Assembly: GCF_028641065.1 (NCBI RefSeq)
Contig: NC_073392.1
Coordinates: 21,328,001-21,392,000 of the forward strand
Direction: 5' to 3'
Length of the DNA stretch: 64,000 nucleotides
Source: Leucoraja erinacea
Taxonomy: Eukaryota
Shown here one piece after another: positions 13,306-26,246 of the stretch. The first letter of the stretch is position 1, and each line of letters starts with the position of its first letter. The position numbers and the translations under genes were made by a program. Under the pieces are notes generated by a model. It ran no database searches. It worked only from the letters and a program-made list of their open reading frames with translations, and was not told where the DNA came from.

Positions 13306-13869
13306 AAGATTGATTAGTTTATTTAATGTATTCCCTTTGTTCCCATTTTAAATGCACACATTTCATCATTATATGATGCAACATCCTGCACCTGCCCTAT
13401 CTCACTGGTAAGTACCAAGTTGGAATCTTCATTCCTATTGTTATGTTGAATTGTCCACCCTATCTCTTCACATCTTTATTCCCTAAAGCCTTTCTGAGGA
13501 CTACAGATTTTAACATTGCAGATCTGGATGTAAAGTCCTCATTACGACTTCTAAACACAACTGAATTTTGTTCTCCAGACCCTTTCTGTAAGACCTGCAC
13601 AAAAGTGTAGACCACATTCCAATACCTCAATCTGATGCTGTCCTTCAGGTGAGGATTTTGAAAGTTTTTTCAAGTAAGAAAGAAATCAGAGCTGAGTTTA
13701 TCCAGGACTCACCTGATCTCCATTCATGCTGGCTTTTTCATCCCACCATTGTGGAAGCTGTGGGCAATTACAAACCAACTAATTTGGGCATATTTTTCAT
13801 GGCTGAAGTAAAAAAATCTTGCTTATCTTGTCGGTAATGCATTGCACCCAACACAATATTTAAATACTA

Positions 13870-15354
13870 CTAGACCAAGTGTAAACCCGTTGGGTCTGTT
13901 CCCCCAACGTGCGGTTGTGGGGGGGAGGCGGCATGCAACGTCACACACACTAACTATTCCCCTCCCCCCCCCGCACTCACGCTAATTACCCCCCTTGATA
14001 TTATATTAATATTATTCATTTGCTCCTTTTACCCCATAACCACTCTATCTACTGACGCATAGCCCCCAACTTGCAGTCACATCTAGAGAGGGGGGGGGGG
14101 GGGGGTAAGAGAGTGAGAGAGCAGGAGAGAGAGAGAGAAGGGGCAGAGACACGGAGAGAGGGGCAAGAGGGAGAGGGGGCGGCGAGGAGGAGAAGAGGGA
14201 GGGTGGGGTGAGAGGGGAAAGGTGGGGGTGGAGGGGAGGAGAGAGAGAGGGTGAGAGTGAGAGGGGGAGAGGTGAGGGGAGAGGGAGAGGTGAGGGGAGG
14301 GGGAGGGGGAGGTGGGGAGCAGGGAGGGTGGAGGGAAGGGGGGGGGTAGGGGTGTGTGGAGGGGAGGGGGGGTTAAGGGGAGGGACGGTGGGGGAGGGGA
14401 TGGAGGGGAGGAGTGGGAGAAAAAGAGGGGGGAGAGAGAGGAAGGGGGGGGGAGAGAGGAGGAGGGGGGAGAGAGAGGGGGGGGGGAGAGAGGGGGGGGG
14501 GGAGGAGAGGAGAGGGGGGGGGGAGAGGAGGGGGGGGGAGAGAGGAGAGGGGGGGAGAGAGGAGAGGGGGGGGAGAGAGGAGAGGGGTTTGAGGACGGGG
14601 GGGGGAGAGGGGGGGAGAGAGGAGAGGGGGAGTAAGGGGGTGTGCTGAGAGGGGGTGAGGGGGGGGGGGAGAGGTGGGGAGCAGGGAGGGGGAGGGGGTT
14701 GGAGGGAAGGGGGGGTAGGGGTGTGTGGAGGGGAGGGGGGTTTAGGGGAGGGATGGTGGGGGAGGGGATGGAGGGGAGGAGGGGGGAGAAAAAGAAGGAG
14801 GAGAGAGAGAGGAGGGGGGGGGAGAGAGGAGAGGGGGGGGGGAGAGAGAGAGGGGGGGGGAGAGGAGAGGGGGGGGGAGAGGAGAGGGGGGGGGGGAGAG
14901 GAGAGGGGGGGGGGAGAGGGAGAGGGGGGGGAGAGAGAGAGTGTGCCTTTTTATTTCAACCCAAACCCCCCAAACAACCATTTGCAGGCAGTGCTTTTTT
15001 ACTTTAACCATATTTTCATTTTCAAACCACATTACAGGTACTTACTCACAGTTGTGTGGACATGTGTTCAGTGTTATTCACAGCTCAGAGAAATGTGACC
15101 CTCTGCCTTCCTCCAGCTTGCAGACTAATTGAGGCACACGACTTCCTGGTTTTATAGTCCATCCCCCTGCCTCCAGCGGGGACAGCAGAGAGAATGGGGA
15201 ATTTTGTAAAATCATTAATATCTCTGTCATTTTTCATCGACTGGAAAAATCCTCGGCACACGTCCATAGGTGGCGACGTTCTCTCGGAAATCGCAGCACA
15301 GATCGCCAAAACCGGTCAAGAACAGACTTTTAGTAATATAGATAGATAGATAGA
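13870..15354 (-). mobile_element. Non-autonomous Helitron with ~850-bp G/A-rich low-complexity core
   Basis: Minus strand A|TCTATCTATCTATCTATATTACTAAAAG...gacccaacgggtttacacttggtCTAG|T; AT target, no TSD. Confidence 0.78.
14085..14942. repeat. Polypurine G-rich low-complexity tract (G4/triplex prone), with an internal duplicated block
   Basis: Runs such as ggagagggggggg; 14310-14430 resembles 14670-14790. Confidence 0.9.
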
Positions 15355-15938
15355 TGAAGGTTGTCAATGTAGATTAAAACTAGATTCCTTCACTTTCAAT
15401 TCAATAAATCCAATGGCACTTCTATGAAAGCAAATGATATAAACAGAAAGGAATTAATAAAGCAGATTGAATGCTTTGTATATGATAAAGTAAATTATGA
15501 TATTACTTTTAGTGATCTTGGCAAGTAAAATGTTTATTACAGATCTTTATTTTCTATTCAATTAAACCACAAAATAAGTTAAAATGTGTTTAGAATAATG
15601 AACTGAATTCTATAAACAAGTGGTTGCTTATATATTTTTTAAAACAGTAATTTATTAGTTATAATGTATCAGATCATTGAGATAATAAAAATGAATTGTG
15701 GGAACTTGCTCAGGAAAATTAAATTTATTTTCACGTGTTGTGCTTTCAGTTGGAGTCCTTAACACTGCATGAAACATATAACTTTACAACAAATCATCTA
15801 AAATGGATGCAAAATTCTGCATAGTGAAATTTAAACTTGTCAGCCAAAGCTCTCAGCTAGTAGCAGAAATCCACAGTTGATTCACAGTTTTTAAATTCCT
15901 TTATTCAGTCTACAAATCATTCTCTCTTTCTTATACAG

Positions 15939-16030
15939 GCTTTGTGACCAAGTGCATTCAGTTATTTGAAACCACAGTTGTCCGTCATGGACTGATGTTG
16001 GTCGGTCCATCGGGTTCTGGAAAGACAAAG
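15939..16030 (+). CDS. DNAH1: DNAH1 exon with AAA2 P-loop (VRHGLMLVGPSGSGKTK)
   Basis: tacag|GC...AAG|gtaagg; 92 nt, phase 1-0. Confidence 0.95.
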
Positions 16031-16084
16031 GTAAGGCACATTGTTGAAATGCTACATATAATTGTGTCATAATCTGTCAGATTA

Positions 16085-16768
16085 TGAAAAGGGGAGGTGC
16101 AACGAGACCTGTGTGTGCTTGGTCATCAGTCACTGAAAGTAAGCATGCAGGTACAGCAGGCAATGAAGAAAGGCCTTCATTGAGAGAGGATTGGAGTTTA
16201 GGAGCAAGGAGGTCCTACTGCAGTTGTACAGGGCCCTGGTGAGACCGCACCTGGAGTATTGTGTGAAATTTTGGTTTCCTAATTTGAGGAAGGGCATTAT
16301 TGCTATTGAGGGAGTGCAGCATAAATTCACCTGGTTAATTTCCGGGATGGCGGGACTGACATATGATGAAAGAAAGTGTCGACTGGGCTTGTATTCGTGG
16401 AATTTAGAGGGGACCTTATAGAAACATATAACATTTTTAAGGGATTGGACGGGCTAGATGCGGGAAAAATGTTGGGGGAGTCCAGAACGAGGGGTCACAG
16501 TATAAGAATAAGGGGTAGGCCATTTTGGACTGAGATGAGAAAAACTTTTTCACCCAGAGAGTTGTGAATGTGAAATTACCTGCCCCAGAAGGCAGTGGAG
16601 GCCAATTCACTGGTTGTTTTCAAGAGAGTTACATTTAGCTCTTAGGGCTAAAGGAATAAAGGGATGTGGGGGAAAAACAGGAACGGGGTTTTCGATCATA
16701 TTGAATGGCAGTGCTGACTCGAAGGGCCGAATGACCTCCTCCTGCACCTATTTTTCTATGTTTCTAAC
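16085..16768 (+). mobile_element. CR1 3' fragment
   Basis: [12 protein letters not shown]; 3' end tcctgcacctatttttctatgtttcta. Confidence 0.88.
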
Positions 16769-17014
16769 TTTAGCCATCAAACCATCAATGGAAGTTTTGG
16801 AGACACCTTTGTGTCTTTATCTTAATGTTCAATGTGGGTTGTATTTTGTGCTATTCATCTTCCCTGCTTATGATAGCATTGCAGTGTGTCTTTAAGAAAG
16901 TGTAACCAAATATAATTTTATCTTGCTAATATCTCTTCATGAACCTCAATCTAGAAATGTAGATTAAAAAAACAGACATGAAGAAAGCATCCCACACAGT
17001 ATGTTAAAAGATTT

Positions 17015-18040
17015 GCTATGTGCAATTATGGTCGCCCAGCTGCAGGAAGGATGTCTTTAAGTTGGAAATGATGCAGATGAGATTCGCCAGAATGTTGCCT
17101 GGGCTTAAGGTCATGAATTGTCGAGAAATAGTTGGATTGGTGGTGATTTTTTATGTTTAGTGTAGGAGGCTAAGGGGTGACCTTATTGAGGTACAAGATC
17201 ATGAGGAGTACCGATAAAGTGAAAGCTCATTGTCATTTTCTCAGGGTTGATGATTTTAAAACCACAGGGCATAGATTTAAGGTGAAAATTGAGGTATTTA
17301 AGAGGGACCTAGGGAACAACCTTTTCACTCAGAGGGTGGTCTACATCTGGAATGATCTACCAGAGGAAACTATAGAAGTGAATACAGTTACAACTTTAAA
17401 AATACATTTGCACAGATATATTGATATAGGAAGGATTTAGAGATATGGACCAAAAGCAGAATAATGGGACGGCCCCAGAATGCCAATTTGGTCGGCATGG
17501 CCAAGGTGGGCTGAAGAGCCTGATTCCATGCTGTATAGCTCTGTGATTATCGGACTAAGTCATTTTGCATCTGTATAAAGTTTTTGTTAGGCCACATTTG
17601 GAGTATTGTGTTCAGTTCTGGTTGCCGCATTACAAGAAGGGGGCAAACGTATATTGACTGGATTGGAGAATATCAGATATATGGAACGGTTGGACAAATT
17701 TAGGATTGTCTTGCTGGAATGGAGTATATATAATTATGAGAGGCATGGATGGTGTAGGTGGTGATAATATTAAATTCTAGAGGACATAGGCTTAAGGTGA
17801 GAGAGAAAAGTTTAAAGGAGATTTGTGAGGTAATTTGTTTATTCAGAAGGATGCTAGATGTCTGGGTTGAACATGCAGAAACAATAACATCATTTTAGGA
17901 GCATTTAGACACACGAACAAGCAAGAAACAATGGGATATGGACTTTGTTTAGAGAGATGGGATCATTTTAGATTGGCATCATGGTTGGCTCAGACATGGA
18001 AGGCCAAAAGGCCTGTTCTACACTGACTGTTCTATGTCCT
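17015..18040 (+). mobile_element. Two adjacent old CR1 3' fragments
   Basis: TTGHRFKV...NLFTQRVV.IWNDLP; [11 protein letters not shown]; two CR1-type 3' ends. Confidence 0.75.
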
Positions 18041-18484
18041 AAGAATTACATTAAGCAAATCACATGTGCAGTCAAGTTATGAAATTTTAGATGGTTCTAC
18101 TCTCTATTTGCGGAGCTATTGTTTAAAATGGGTACAGGGGGCCATGGTTAAAAAATACGGATTTTAATGTATCAATATTTTCCTATTTTGGATTATAGTA
18201 TTATTGTAGAGCTATATAATTTAAAAAGGTTAATGTGGAGAAACTGTTTTCTCTTACAGTTGTACAGAGGTTGTTTTAAAAAAAATTGGGCTTGAAGCCA
18301 CATAGGTTGATTGCGGAGACATTTGCTCTCCCTCCCCCCAGATGAGTTCCCCTGGTCCTCACCTTTCACCCCACCAGCCTCTGCATCAACATCAGCATAA
18401 ATTGACATCTATTTTACTTTAGTAAAAGTAGAAATCCTATAGAACATTGAGGTGATACATCTAATTTGTTATCTCTTTGCCTAG

Positions 18485-18639
18485 TGTTATGAAGTCTTAG
18501 CAGAAGCACTGACAGCTTTAAAGGGGAAAAAATCAGTCAGCGGCGAAAAATATGAAAAAGTCTCTGTGTTTGTTCTCAACCCCAAGTCTATCACCATGGG
18601 TCAGTTGTATGGGGAATTTGATGTTTTAACTCATGAATG
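18485..18639 (+). CDS. DNAH1: DNAH1 exon (CYEVLAEA...[22 protein letters not shown])
   Basis: cctag|TGT...TG|gtaagt; 155 nt. Confidence 0.95.
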
Positions 18640-19288
18640 GTAAGTACAATTGGTTCCTTTAAGTCCTTCTCAAAGTGTAAAATATATACGGATATAGAAA
18701 CCCTATTAATCTTGCAACCGCTGATGATCTCCCGGCATATTTGTTCCTCTAATTCCTGTGGGGTCGTACAGTACAAACCCACCATTGGGATTATAAAAAT
18801 AATAGAAATTACATTAATAATTAATATAACTAACTGTCATCCCTAATGCATTAAGACCAAGGAAGAGATACAAAAACAGACCTTTCCTTTTCCTGCCAAC
18901 ACCGTCCACTCAGCCTCCTCACCAAAGTTTCATGAGTCATAGCCGCTATGCTTTCCCTCAGATAGAACCTTCACCCAACATGGCCGCTCCCAATACATAG
19001 CCGCTCCCAAAAGGCCACTCCACTAGTGCTTGCCTTCCTGTTGTACACCACCAGGAGCCGCCACTCAAACATACTAATGGGTGCTTTGAATCTCCTGCAG
19101 TTCTCCTCATCTCAGCTAGTTATCCACTACTGAAACTAACAATTGCACTGGTTCATGAAAAGAGTTTTCATGAATTAAAAAAAATGAACCTTTATGTATA
19201 GTAAACTACAGAACAATTGCAATGCTTTCCATTACATATCTGTCATGTTATCCAGGTACTACACACACTGTTCTTTGTCTTTTTTCAG

Positions 19289-19466
19289 GACGGATGGCAT
19301 TTTATCATCACTAATTCGTGTTGGAGCAGCAAGCACTGACCAAATGAAAAAATGGTACATGTTTGATGGACCAGTAGATGCTGTATGGATTGAAAACATG
19401 AACACCGTCTTGGATGATAACAAGAAGCTCTGCCTCAGCTCTGGAGAAATAATCAAACTCAGTGAG
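19289..19466 (+). CDS. DNAH1: DNAH1 exon (TDGILSS...[39 protein letters not shown])
   Basis: ttcag|G...GAG|gtagat; 178 nt; AAA2 Walker B region. Confidence 0.95.
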
Positions 19467-19561
19467 GTAGATAAATATGAAGAATATGCAAATTGTAGAG
19501 AAACCCAAAAGTCAGAATCAAATAATTATGGGGAACAGTAACAAAGACACCAAGACCTTAA

Positions 19562-19717
19562 GTGTAAGAAGGAACTGCAGATGCTGGTTTAAACCGAAGA
19601 TAGACACAAAAAGATGGAGTAACTCAGTGAGTCAGGCAGCATCTCTGGAGAGAAGGAATGGGTGACGTTTTGGGTCGAGACCCTTCTTCAGACTGGTCAG
19701 CTTTTTGTATCTATCTT
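19562..19717 (-). mobile_element. Short non-autonomous Penelope-derived element with hammerhead-like motif, 14-bp TSD
   Basis: TSD caccaagaccttaa at 19548-19561 and 19718-19731; homologous to the Penelope 3' end; partial inverted end. Confidence 0.8.
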
Positions 19718-20021
19718 CACCAAGACCTTAATATTGACTTTGTGGGTGAAGAGGGGGAGGGGTGAGTATCTCAGAAGACTTGGAATTAAACCCATTGCAT
19801 CTGCCTTTTGTTAATTCTCATATTGCATTTGAATATTTTGCCAATCACAATAATTCTGATTACCAACCTTCTGCCAGTGTAAATAGCTATTATTTAACAA
19901 CTATATCTGAACCTTGTGTGAAGTCATTCAAATCTGCTCTTTGGGGAACAACTCCAGATCTTCTGGTCTTTACATGTATGTAACTGAAGTCATTATATTA
20001 AGCCAATATATCCTTTACTAT

Positions 20022-20332
20022 TTAGTTTAGAGACACAGCATGGAAAAAGGCCCTTTGACACACCGAGTCCACGCCGACCACCGATACCCGTACACTAGTC
20101 CTATGTTATCCCACTTTTGCATACCACACAGTAGGGGCAATTTACAGAAGCCAATTAACCTACAAACCTGCATGTATTTGAAATGTGGGAGGAAACCTGA
20201 GCATGGGAGAAAACCTACATGGTGACAGGGAAAGCATACAAACCTCGCACGGACAACGTCTAGAGTCAGGATCGATCCTGGGCCTCTGGTGCTGTGAGGG
20301 AGCAGCTCTACCGCTCTGCCACTGTGCCGCCC
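20022..20332 (-). mobile_element. tRNA-derived SINE (HE1/V-SINE-like)
   Basis: gggcggcacagtggcagagcggtagagc...ggatcgatcctgac head; CR1-like 3' end; (ctaaa)n tail. Confidence 0.8.
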
Positions 20333-21450
20333 TATTCCTAAAGTGATGTGTCGAAAATAGGTAAACATGCCTGGTGCCTAATACTAACATTTATAACTCC
20401 TCTGGGATCATCTTTGCTTCTTATCGTCCCATTACCATTCTGTTTTTGCTTGCAGTATGATTCCTTAGCTACTTAATTATCCAAGCCACCCCCCCACCCC
20501 ACCCAGCTCAATTAACCCCTTTCCTCCCTGAGATTCTCTTTCCTATCCTACCATTCTTGACTTCTGATTTGCCTAGTATCTGTCAAAACCTTTTCAAGTT
20601 CCAATAAAAGCGCTGAGCAACCTGAAACTTAACCTCTACTGTTTCTGCTTATTATATCTGTAATGTTTAGCAATTCTGATGAAAGGTCTTTAAACTGAAA
20701 AGTTAAACTCTATTTCTCTCTTCACAGATGCTATCTGATTTGCTGAGTTGCCTAAATTTACCATTTTACAGAACCTGATTTTGTATTCTCTGTTTCTCTA
20801 TGCTAAGGATCCTACTGGTCTTTTACCAGCCTTCTCAGCTTGTTTTGGCATTGTTGAAGTCTTTCTGTTCTTGCAATGTGTTGTAAACTATGCAATTTAG
20901 AAGATAAATCTGATCTCTCTTAGTGATTTGAATGTACTTTCAATTTGCTGTCAAAGCATTTCAATTAAAAAAATCTATGACCTATCTTCAACTTAGTTTA
21001 ATTTAATTTAACTTCAATTTAGGATTTATACACTTGGATTGGGAGAGACTTCGGAATGGTACTGTTACCAGGGAGCCCACAATAAAGGCAGCAAGATCTA
21101 CCTACATTTTTCTCTAAACATACTCCAGGGCAATTAGCAATTTCTCAGTTGTGCTCAGTATTCTCAACTTCTCCATCCTACTGACATTCTGTTATAATCA
21201 TTCAGATCATATGATTCAAACTAAATGTTAATTTCTTTAATTTTCTCATTTTTATTTAATCTACAATTTAGTTCTCTCTTGCATCCATCTCAACAGTTTA
21301 TAGATCATTCTATTTTTCTTCATGTTGATGTGTGGTGAAAATTGTCTCTGTTGACTATTTCCTTTTTAATCAGAAAGATCTTCATACAATCTTATTTTAA
21401 GATTAAAGTTTGATACCAGTGAGATGACATTATTATTTTTTCTTTTTAAG

Positions 21451-21645
21451 GTAATGACAATGATGTTTGAGGTGCAAGACCTGGCAGTGGCCTCTCCTGC
21501 CACTGTGTCCCGCTGCGGCATGGTCTACCTGGAGCCGAGCATTTTAGGGCTTGAACCATTTATTGAATGCTGGCTGAATAAAGTTCCCCCATCCATAGAA
21601 TCCTACAAAACAAAATTGCAGCTTCTCTTTAATACTTTCCTGGAG
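21451..21645 (+). CDS. DNAH1: DNAH1 exon ([29 protein letters not shown]...)
   Basis: ttaag|GTA...GAG|gtcagt; 195 nt. Confidence 0.95.
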
Positions 21646-22399
21646 GTCAGTAACTCGCATTATAGAACATGATGTTATAAAACAATTGTGTCAATGAGTT
21701 AACGGTTGGGGGCGAGAGAGTTTCAAACTCACGTTAAGAAAGCTTTTTTCTCGCAGGATTTTCAAAATTGAAGGTCCTTTTAATAGTTTGTGTTATTTTT
21801 GTTACTGCAAGTGCAAGTCCAAACTAAAAAGAGTGAAGGATTTCTGTTACATTGTTCAATAGTGTATCATCCACACAGTCGTCAATTTCTATGGCCACCC
21901 ATGGTGAAAATGACAGACTGTAAAGAGACGATGTGTCTGATGACTACTGGGAGGTAATTTTGCAAGACAGCTTTTTTTAAATGCTTTTATGCTTGTTAAT
22001 TTCCAAAGTAATTTTTAAACGGTTCTATAGTTCCCGATTGGAATTGCCTCATAACCAATTCAACCCATGTAATTGCCAAATTCCCAAATTCATCAATCAC
22101 TGCATATCTGTTTAACGGCATGGAAACATATTATAGCAGAACTACCTGTCCATGGATGGGTTGAAAGTGGAGAACAAGTAGAACCTGGCAATGATATAAA
22201 GACAGTGGCAGGTTCTCATGCTATTCTGGTCCACGTTTAATTAAGGTCCAAGTGTAACGTTTTCTTCATCGTTTATCTAAACTCTCAGAATTGTCCAAAT
22301 AATTTCTTGTCAATTCATCCCAAAATGCTTATGTAATGTATCTACTTCATTGTTTGTAACATGTAAAGTAACACAAATGCATTATCTAAGGTTCTAAGG

Positions 22400-22680
22400 A
22401 TCTTTATTTGTCACATACACCAATTGGTGTAGTGAAATGTGGATTGCCATTGCAGCACATTAAAATAATACAACATAACAATAATAAAGGAATTTAAACA
22501 TAAAAACATCCCCCCACAATGGTTCCCATTTTGAGGGAAGGCAGAAAGTCCAGTCCCCATCCCCATGTCCACCCATAGTCGGGCCTATTGAGGCCTCCGC
22601 AGTCGCCTTTACGGAGGCCCGATGTTCCAGGCCATTCTCGCCGGGTGATGGTGCTCCAGCGTCGGGAGAATCCTCTCAAT
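22400..22680 (-). mobile_element. Short retroposon, same family as 39525-39830
   Basis: Shared gtcacat..accaattggt..agtgaaat and ttccca...gagggaagg blocks; tgacaaataaa-type 3' end. Confidence 0.6.
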
Positions 22681-22938
22681 ATCACTATCTGACCTTGTGT
22701 GGTTACATAGAGTGAATTAAAAGGAATAAACTTCAATAGTCCGGAAAATGTGCTTGCCCTTCATTACCAAAATCGAGCATACTGGATTAATGGAGTTTTA
22801 CTGCAGCTTGGAAATTATGCTGTTGAATTAGACATGAGTCAGAGCGAATATGTCAGAGCTGGATTTCAACAAGATAAATTATTGTTTTTTTTTCTATTTT
22901 GGAACATAGAGGAAATGTCTCTTAAGATAAGTCAATTT

Positions 22939-25515
22939 TGCGTTGCAAAAATTCCAATTGGGCGAAAACTTCATCTCATGGGTGAAGCTTCTATATACTA
23001 ATCCGACCGCCAGAATACTAACAAATCAAATACTTTCATCTGAATTTTACCTATTCAGGGGCAATAGACAAGGATGCATTCTCTCTCCCGATACTATTTG
23101 CATTAGCCATAGAATCTCTTGCCGAGACTATTAGGTCCCACCCAGGCATATATGGATACAATACTAAAAACACTATGAACAAAATGTCCCTGTATGCAGA
23201 CAATGTACTTTTATATATTACTAACGCCCGAACCAGAATCCCAAATTTACAATCCACTATAAATCAATTCGGCTCCTTCTCTGTCTACAGAATTAATTGG
23301 AATAAAAGCGAAATTATGCCAATAAACGAGGAAGGCGTCACCCAGCTCCAATAGTTCTCCTTTAGAATTGTTACTGAAAAATTCAGATACCTCGGAGTTT
23401 ACGTTACCAAGAAATATTCCTTTCTGTTTAAAATAAATTTCCCTCCATTAATCACAAAACTTCATACATATTCAATTTTGGAAAACATTGTCTATTTCCC
23501 TCCTCGATAGACTAAATGCCGTAAAGATGATCTTTCTCTCGCAGCTTTTATATCTATTCCAGACAATACCGATAGATCTTCCCAAATCTTTCTTCAAAAA
23601 AATTGATTCCATTGTTACTAATTTCATTTGGGACTACAAAAGCCATCGAATACATAAATGACACCTGTGCAAATCCAAAGAGAATGAAGAACTAGCCTCA
23701 CCTAATTTCCTCTTTTACTATTGGGCAACAAATATTAAAACCATAATTTTCTGGCTGGATGATTTGCACCAACAGGCAAACTGGCTAAGAATGGAAAGAG
23801 AAGATTGCTTGCCCTTCTCCATAGGCTCGATTGTCCCGTCTCCAATATCCCTGAATAAGGCAATGTATGAGCATAACCCTATGGTACTATTCGTATCTGG
23901 AAACAGTTGAAGCTCAGTCTCAAATTGAGAAACATGTCTCACTTTCTTCCTATTGCAAACTATCCGTCTTTTAAACCCTCTATTTTAGATGGTGTTTTCG
24001 CCCAACAGAAGAACAGGGAATCAACACTGTGGGAGACCTTTATCAGAAGGGGACTCTTTCCTCCTTCCAAGAGTTGCAGGAGAAATATGATCTGAATACT
24101 ACTCATTTTTTTCAGATAGCTCCAGGTTAGGGACTATGTGAGAACATACAGGCAAGACTACTCCTCTGCAGGTCCAGACAATCTCGATGAGTGTTTGAAT
24201 AAACATGCAGATACAGAGAAGTTGATATCCTACATTTAAATGTCCTTCAAAACATCAATACCCCATCAACTGAGGTTCATAGGCGTGCATGGGAGGGTGA
24301 GATGGGTCATCAAATTTCCAACGATATATGGGACGAAAGGTTACAATACATCTACTATTGCTCCTTAAATGCCAGAAACTGCCTGATATACAAGTTCAAA
24401 GTGCTGCAAGATTTTCCACAGGTTTCCCCTCTTTATAACTACTCTAAAAAATGTGTAAGCAAGACCGTTTTTTCCCAGTGACCTTTTCCCCCTCGTTGTT
24501 GCGATAAATGTCGGGAGTCTGCGGACGCTACTCAGAAGCCACGTGGGGAGCGGTGGTGACTCGCTTAACTCCTGGGGGCCCGGAGGCTCCCACAGTGCAG
24601 GTTTGTACTCGGGTGTACGCAGGGTCCGGGGGGAGAAAACCGCTTCCCGGAGCTCCCGCAACGCGACTTCTCCAGCCCGTCGCTTTGAAAGACGGAAGTC
24701 CAGCGCCTGCCGGGGGCTCCAACTTTTCAGCGTCATGGGGCTTGGATATCGGGAGAGACATGGAGAACAGGGGAGAGAAAAGACTTTGCCTTCCATCATG
24801 GATGGATGTTTGTGTGAATTAAATTGTGTGTATGTCTAGGAAATTGTCTTTGTTTGTATGGCTGTGGAAACAGAATTTCGTTTGAGCCTCACTGGGGCTC
24901 AAATGACAATAAATTGTATTGTATTGTATTGTATTGTAAATGTCAGTCTCAAGAAGCCACTTTAACCCACAGTTTTGTACTGTGTACAAAAATAGAACGT
25001 CTTTGGACGGAAGTATTCAGCGTCATCTCCAAAACACTGAAAGTCCCATTAGAGCGTGACCCAAAATTAATAATACTGGAAATATCAAAGGCATGTAGCA
25101 ATCTAACAGTCTTTCAACAACGCTTTCTCGATTACGGTCTAATATCAGCAAAAAAACTTATACTTAAATTTTGGAAAAAGACTGCAATTCCTTCAGTGAA
25201 GATGTGGATTACAGAAATGACAGATACACTACATCTAGAGAGAATTAGGGATGTCTTCAATGATAAACCGGAACAATTTAAAAAAATAGATTGAACACAA
25301 ATTCGAAACTGATCATAGGGCTGGGTGAGCGGACGCATGGGTGGGTTGACGGATATATCTCCACTTTTTTCTTCTTTCTTTCTTTTTCTCTCTCTCTTCT
25401 CTTTTTAATTTAATGTTCTGTTTGGAAAATGGTAAAATCGAAGCTGTTCACAAAGTTGTAACATTGTCAAGTTTTTTGTACAATTGCTTCCAATAAAATA
25501 AATATTTTAAAAAAA
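22939..25515 (+). mobile_element. 5'-truncated L1-clade LINE (ORF2 RT to poly-A) with 15-bp TSD
   Basis: FISWVKLLY, RGNRQGC.LSP, LFALAIE, SLYADN; AATAAA plus A tail; aagataa(g/a)tcaattt at 22924-22938 and 25516-25530 with a TT|AAGA target. Confidence 0.88.
24420..24936 (+). mobile_element. GC-rich short retroposon nested in the L1
   Basis: Interrupts the L1 C-terminus; ends aatgacaataaa(ttgta)n. Confidence 0.65.
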
Positions 25516-25567
25516 AAGATAAATCAATTTCATGATTAAAACTTATCTCCTTTTTTTCTTGTCACAG

Positions 25568-25687
25568 GATTCAATTGCTCTTGTGCGGAAATCTGTGAAA
25601 GAAGTGATTACCTCAATGGACAGTAACCTAACCTTCAGTCTTCTGAAACTGATGGATTGTTTCTTCCAACCCTTGGTGCCAAAAGAG
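25568..25687 (+). CDS. DNAH1: DNAH1 exon (DSIALVRKSVKEVITSMDSNLTFSLLKLMDCFFQPLVPKE)
   Basis: cacag|GAT...GAG|gtttga; 120 nt. Confidence 0.9.
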
Positions 25688-25974
25688 GTTTGATTATAAT
25701 ATATGTGAATCTATATTTACAAACTCTACATTCCAATATATAATAAAAATGAAAAGTGTAAGATTACACATTACAAATTAGATGAGTATCCTCCAGTCAT
25801 CATCACTTTATTCATCTCACTTACCAGAGGCACAACCTGCAAGCAGAGACAAAAATATAAAGAAACAAAAAAATCACTTAGGAAAGAAACTATTAAGAAA
25901 TACTTTTTCAACTTTTGCAGATCAACAACATTGAAGAAATCTTGGTTGTTGGGAGACTACCTATTTAAACATGG

Positions 25975-26246
25975 TTACAGAAAGTATTCAGACCCCTTCA
26001 CTTTTTCCACATTTTGTAACGTTACAGCCTTATTTTAAAATGGACTAAAATCTTTTTTTTTATCATCAATTTACACACAATACACCAGAATGAAGAAGCA
26101 AAAACAGGTGTTTAGAAATTTTGGAAAGTAATTAAAAAGAAATAACAAAAATTTCACATTTACATAAGTATTCAGACCATTTGCTATGACACTCAAATTT
26201 GAGCTTAGGTTCACCCTGTTTCCATTGATTATCCTTGAGATGTTTC
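25975..26246 (+). mobile_element. Tc1-like transposon terminal fragment (IR/DR type)
   Basis: aagtattcagacc repeated ~186 bp apart, resembling fish Tc1 IR/DR ends. Confidence 0.65.

Noticed and set aside
14208-15098. Gly/Glu/Arg-rich ORFs
   Set aside because: Translation of a stop-free purine tract inside a Helitron
20270-20332. tRNA gene
   Set aside because: tRNA-derived SINE head continuing into SINE body and tail; no full cloverleaf
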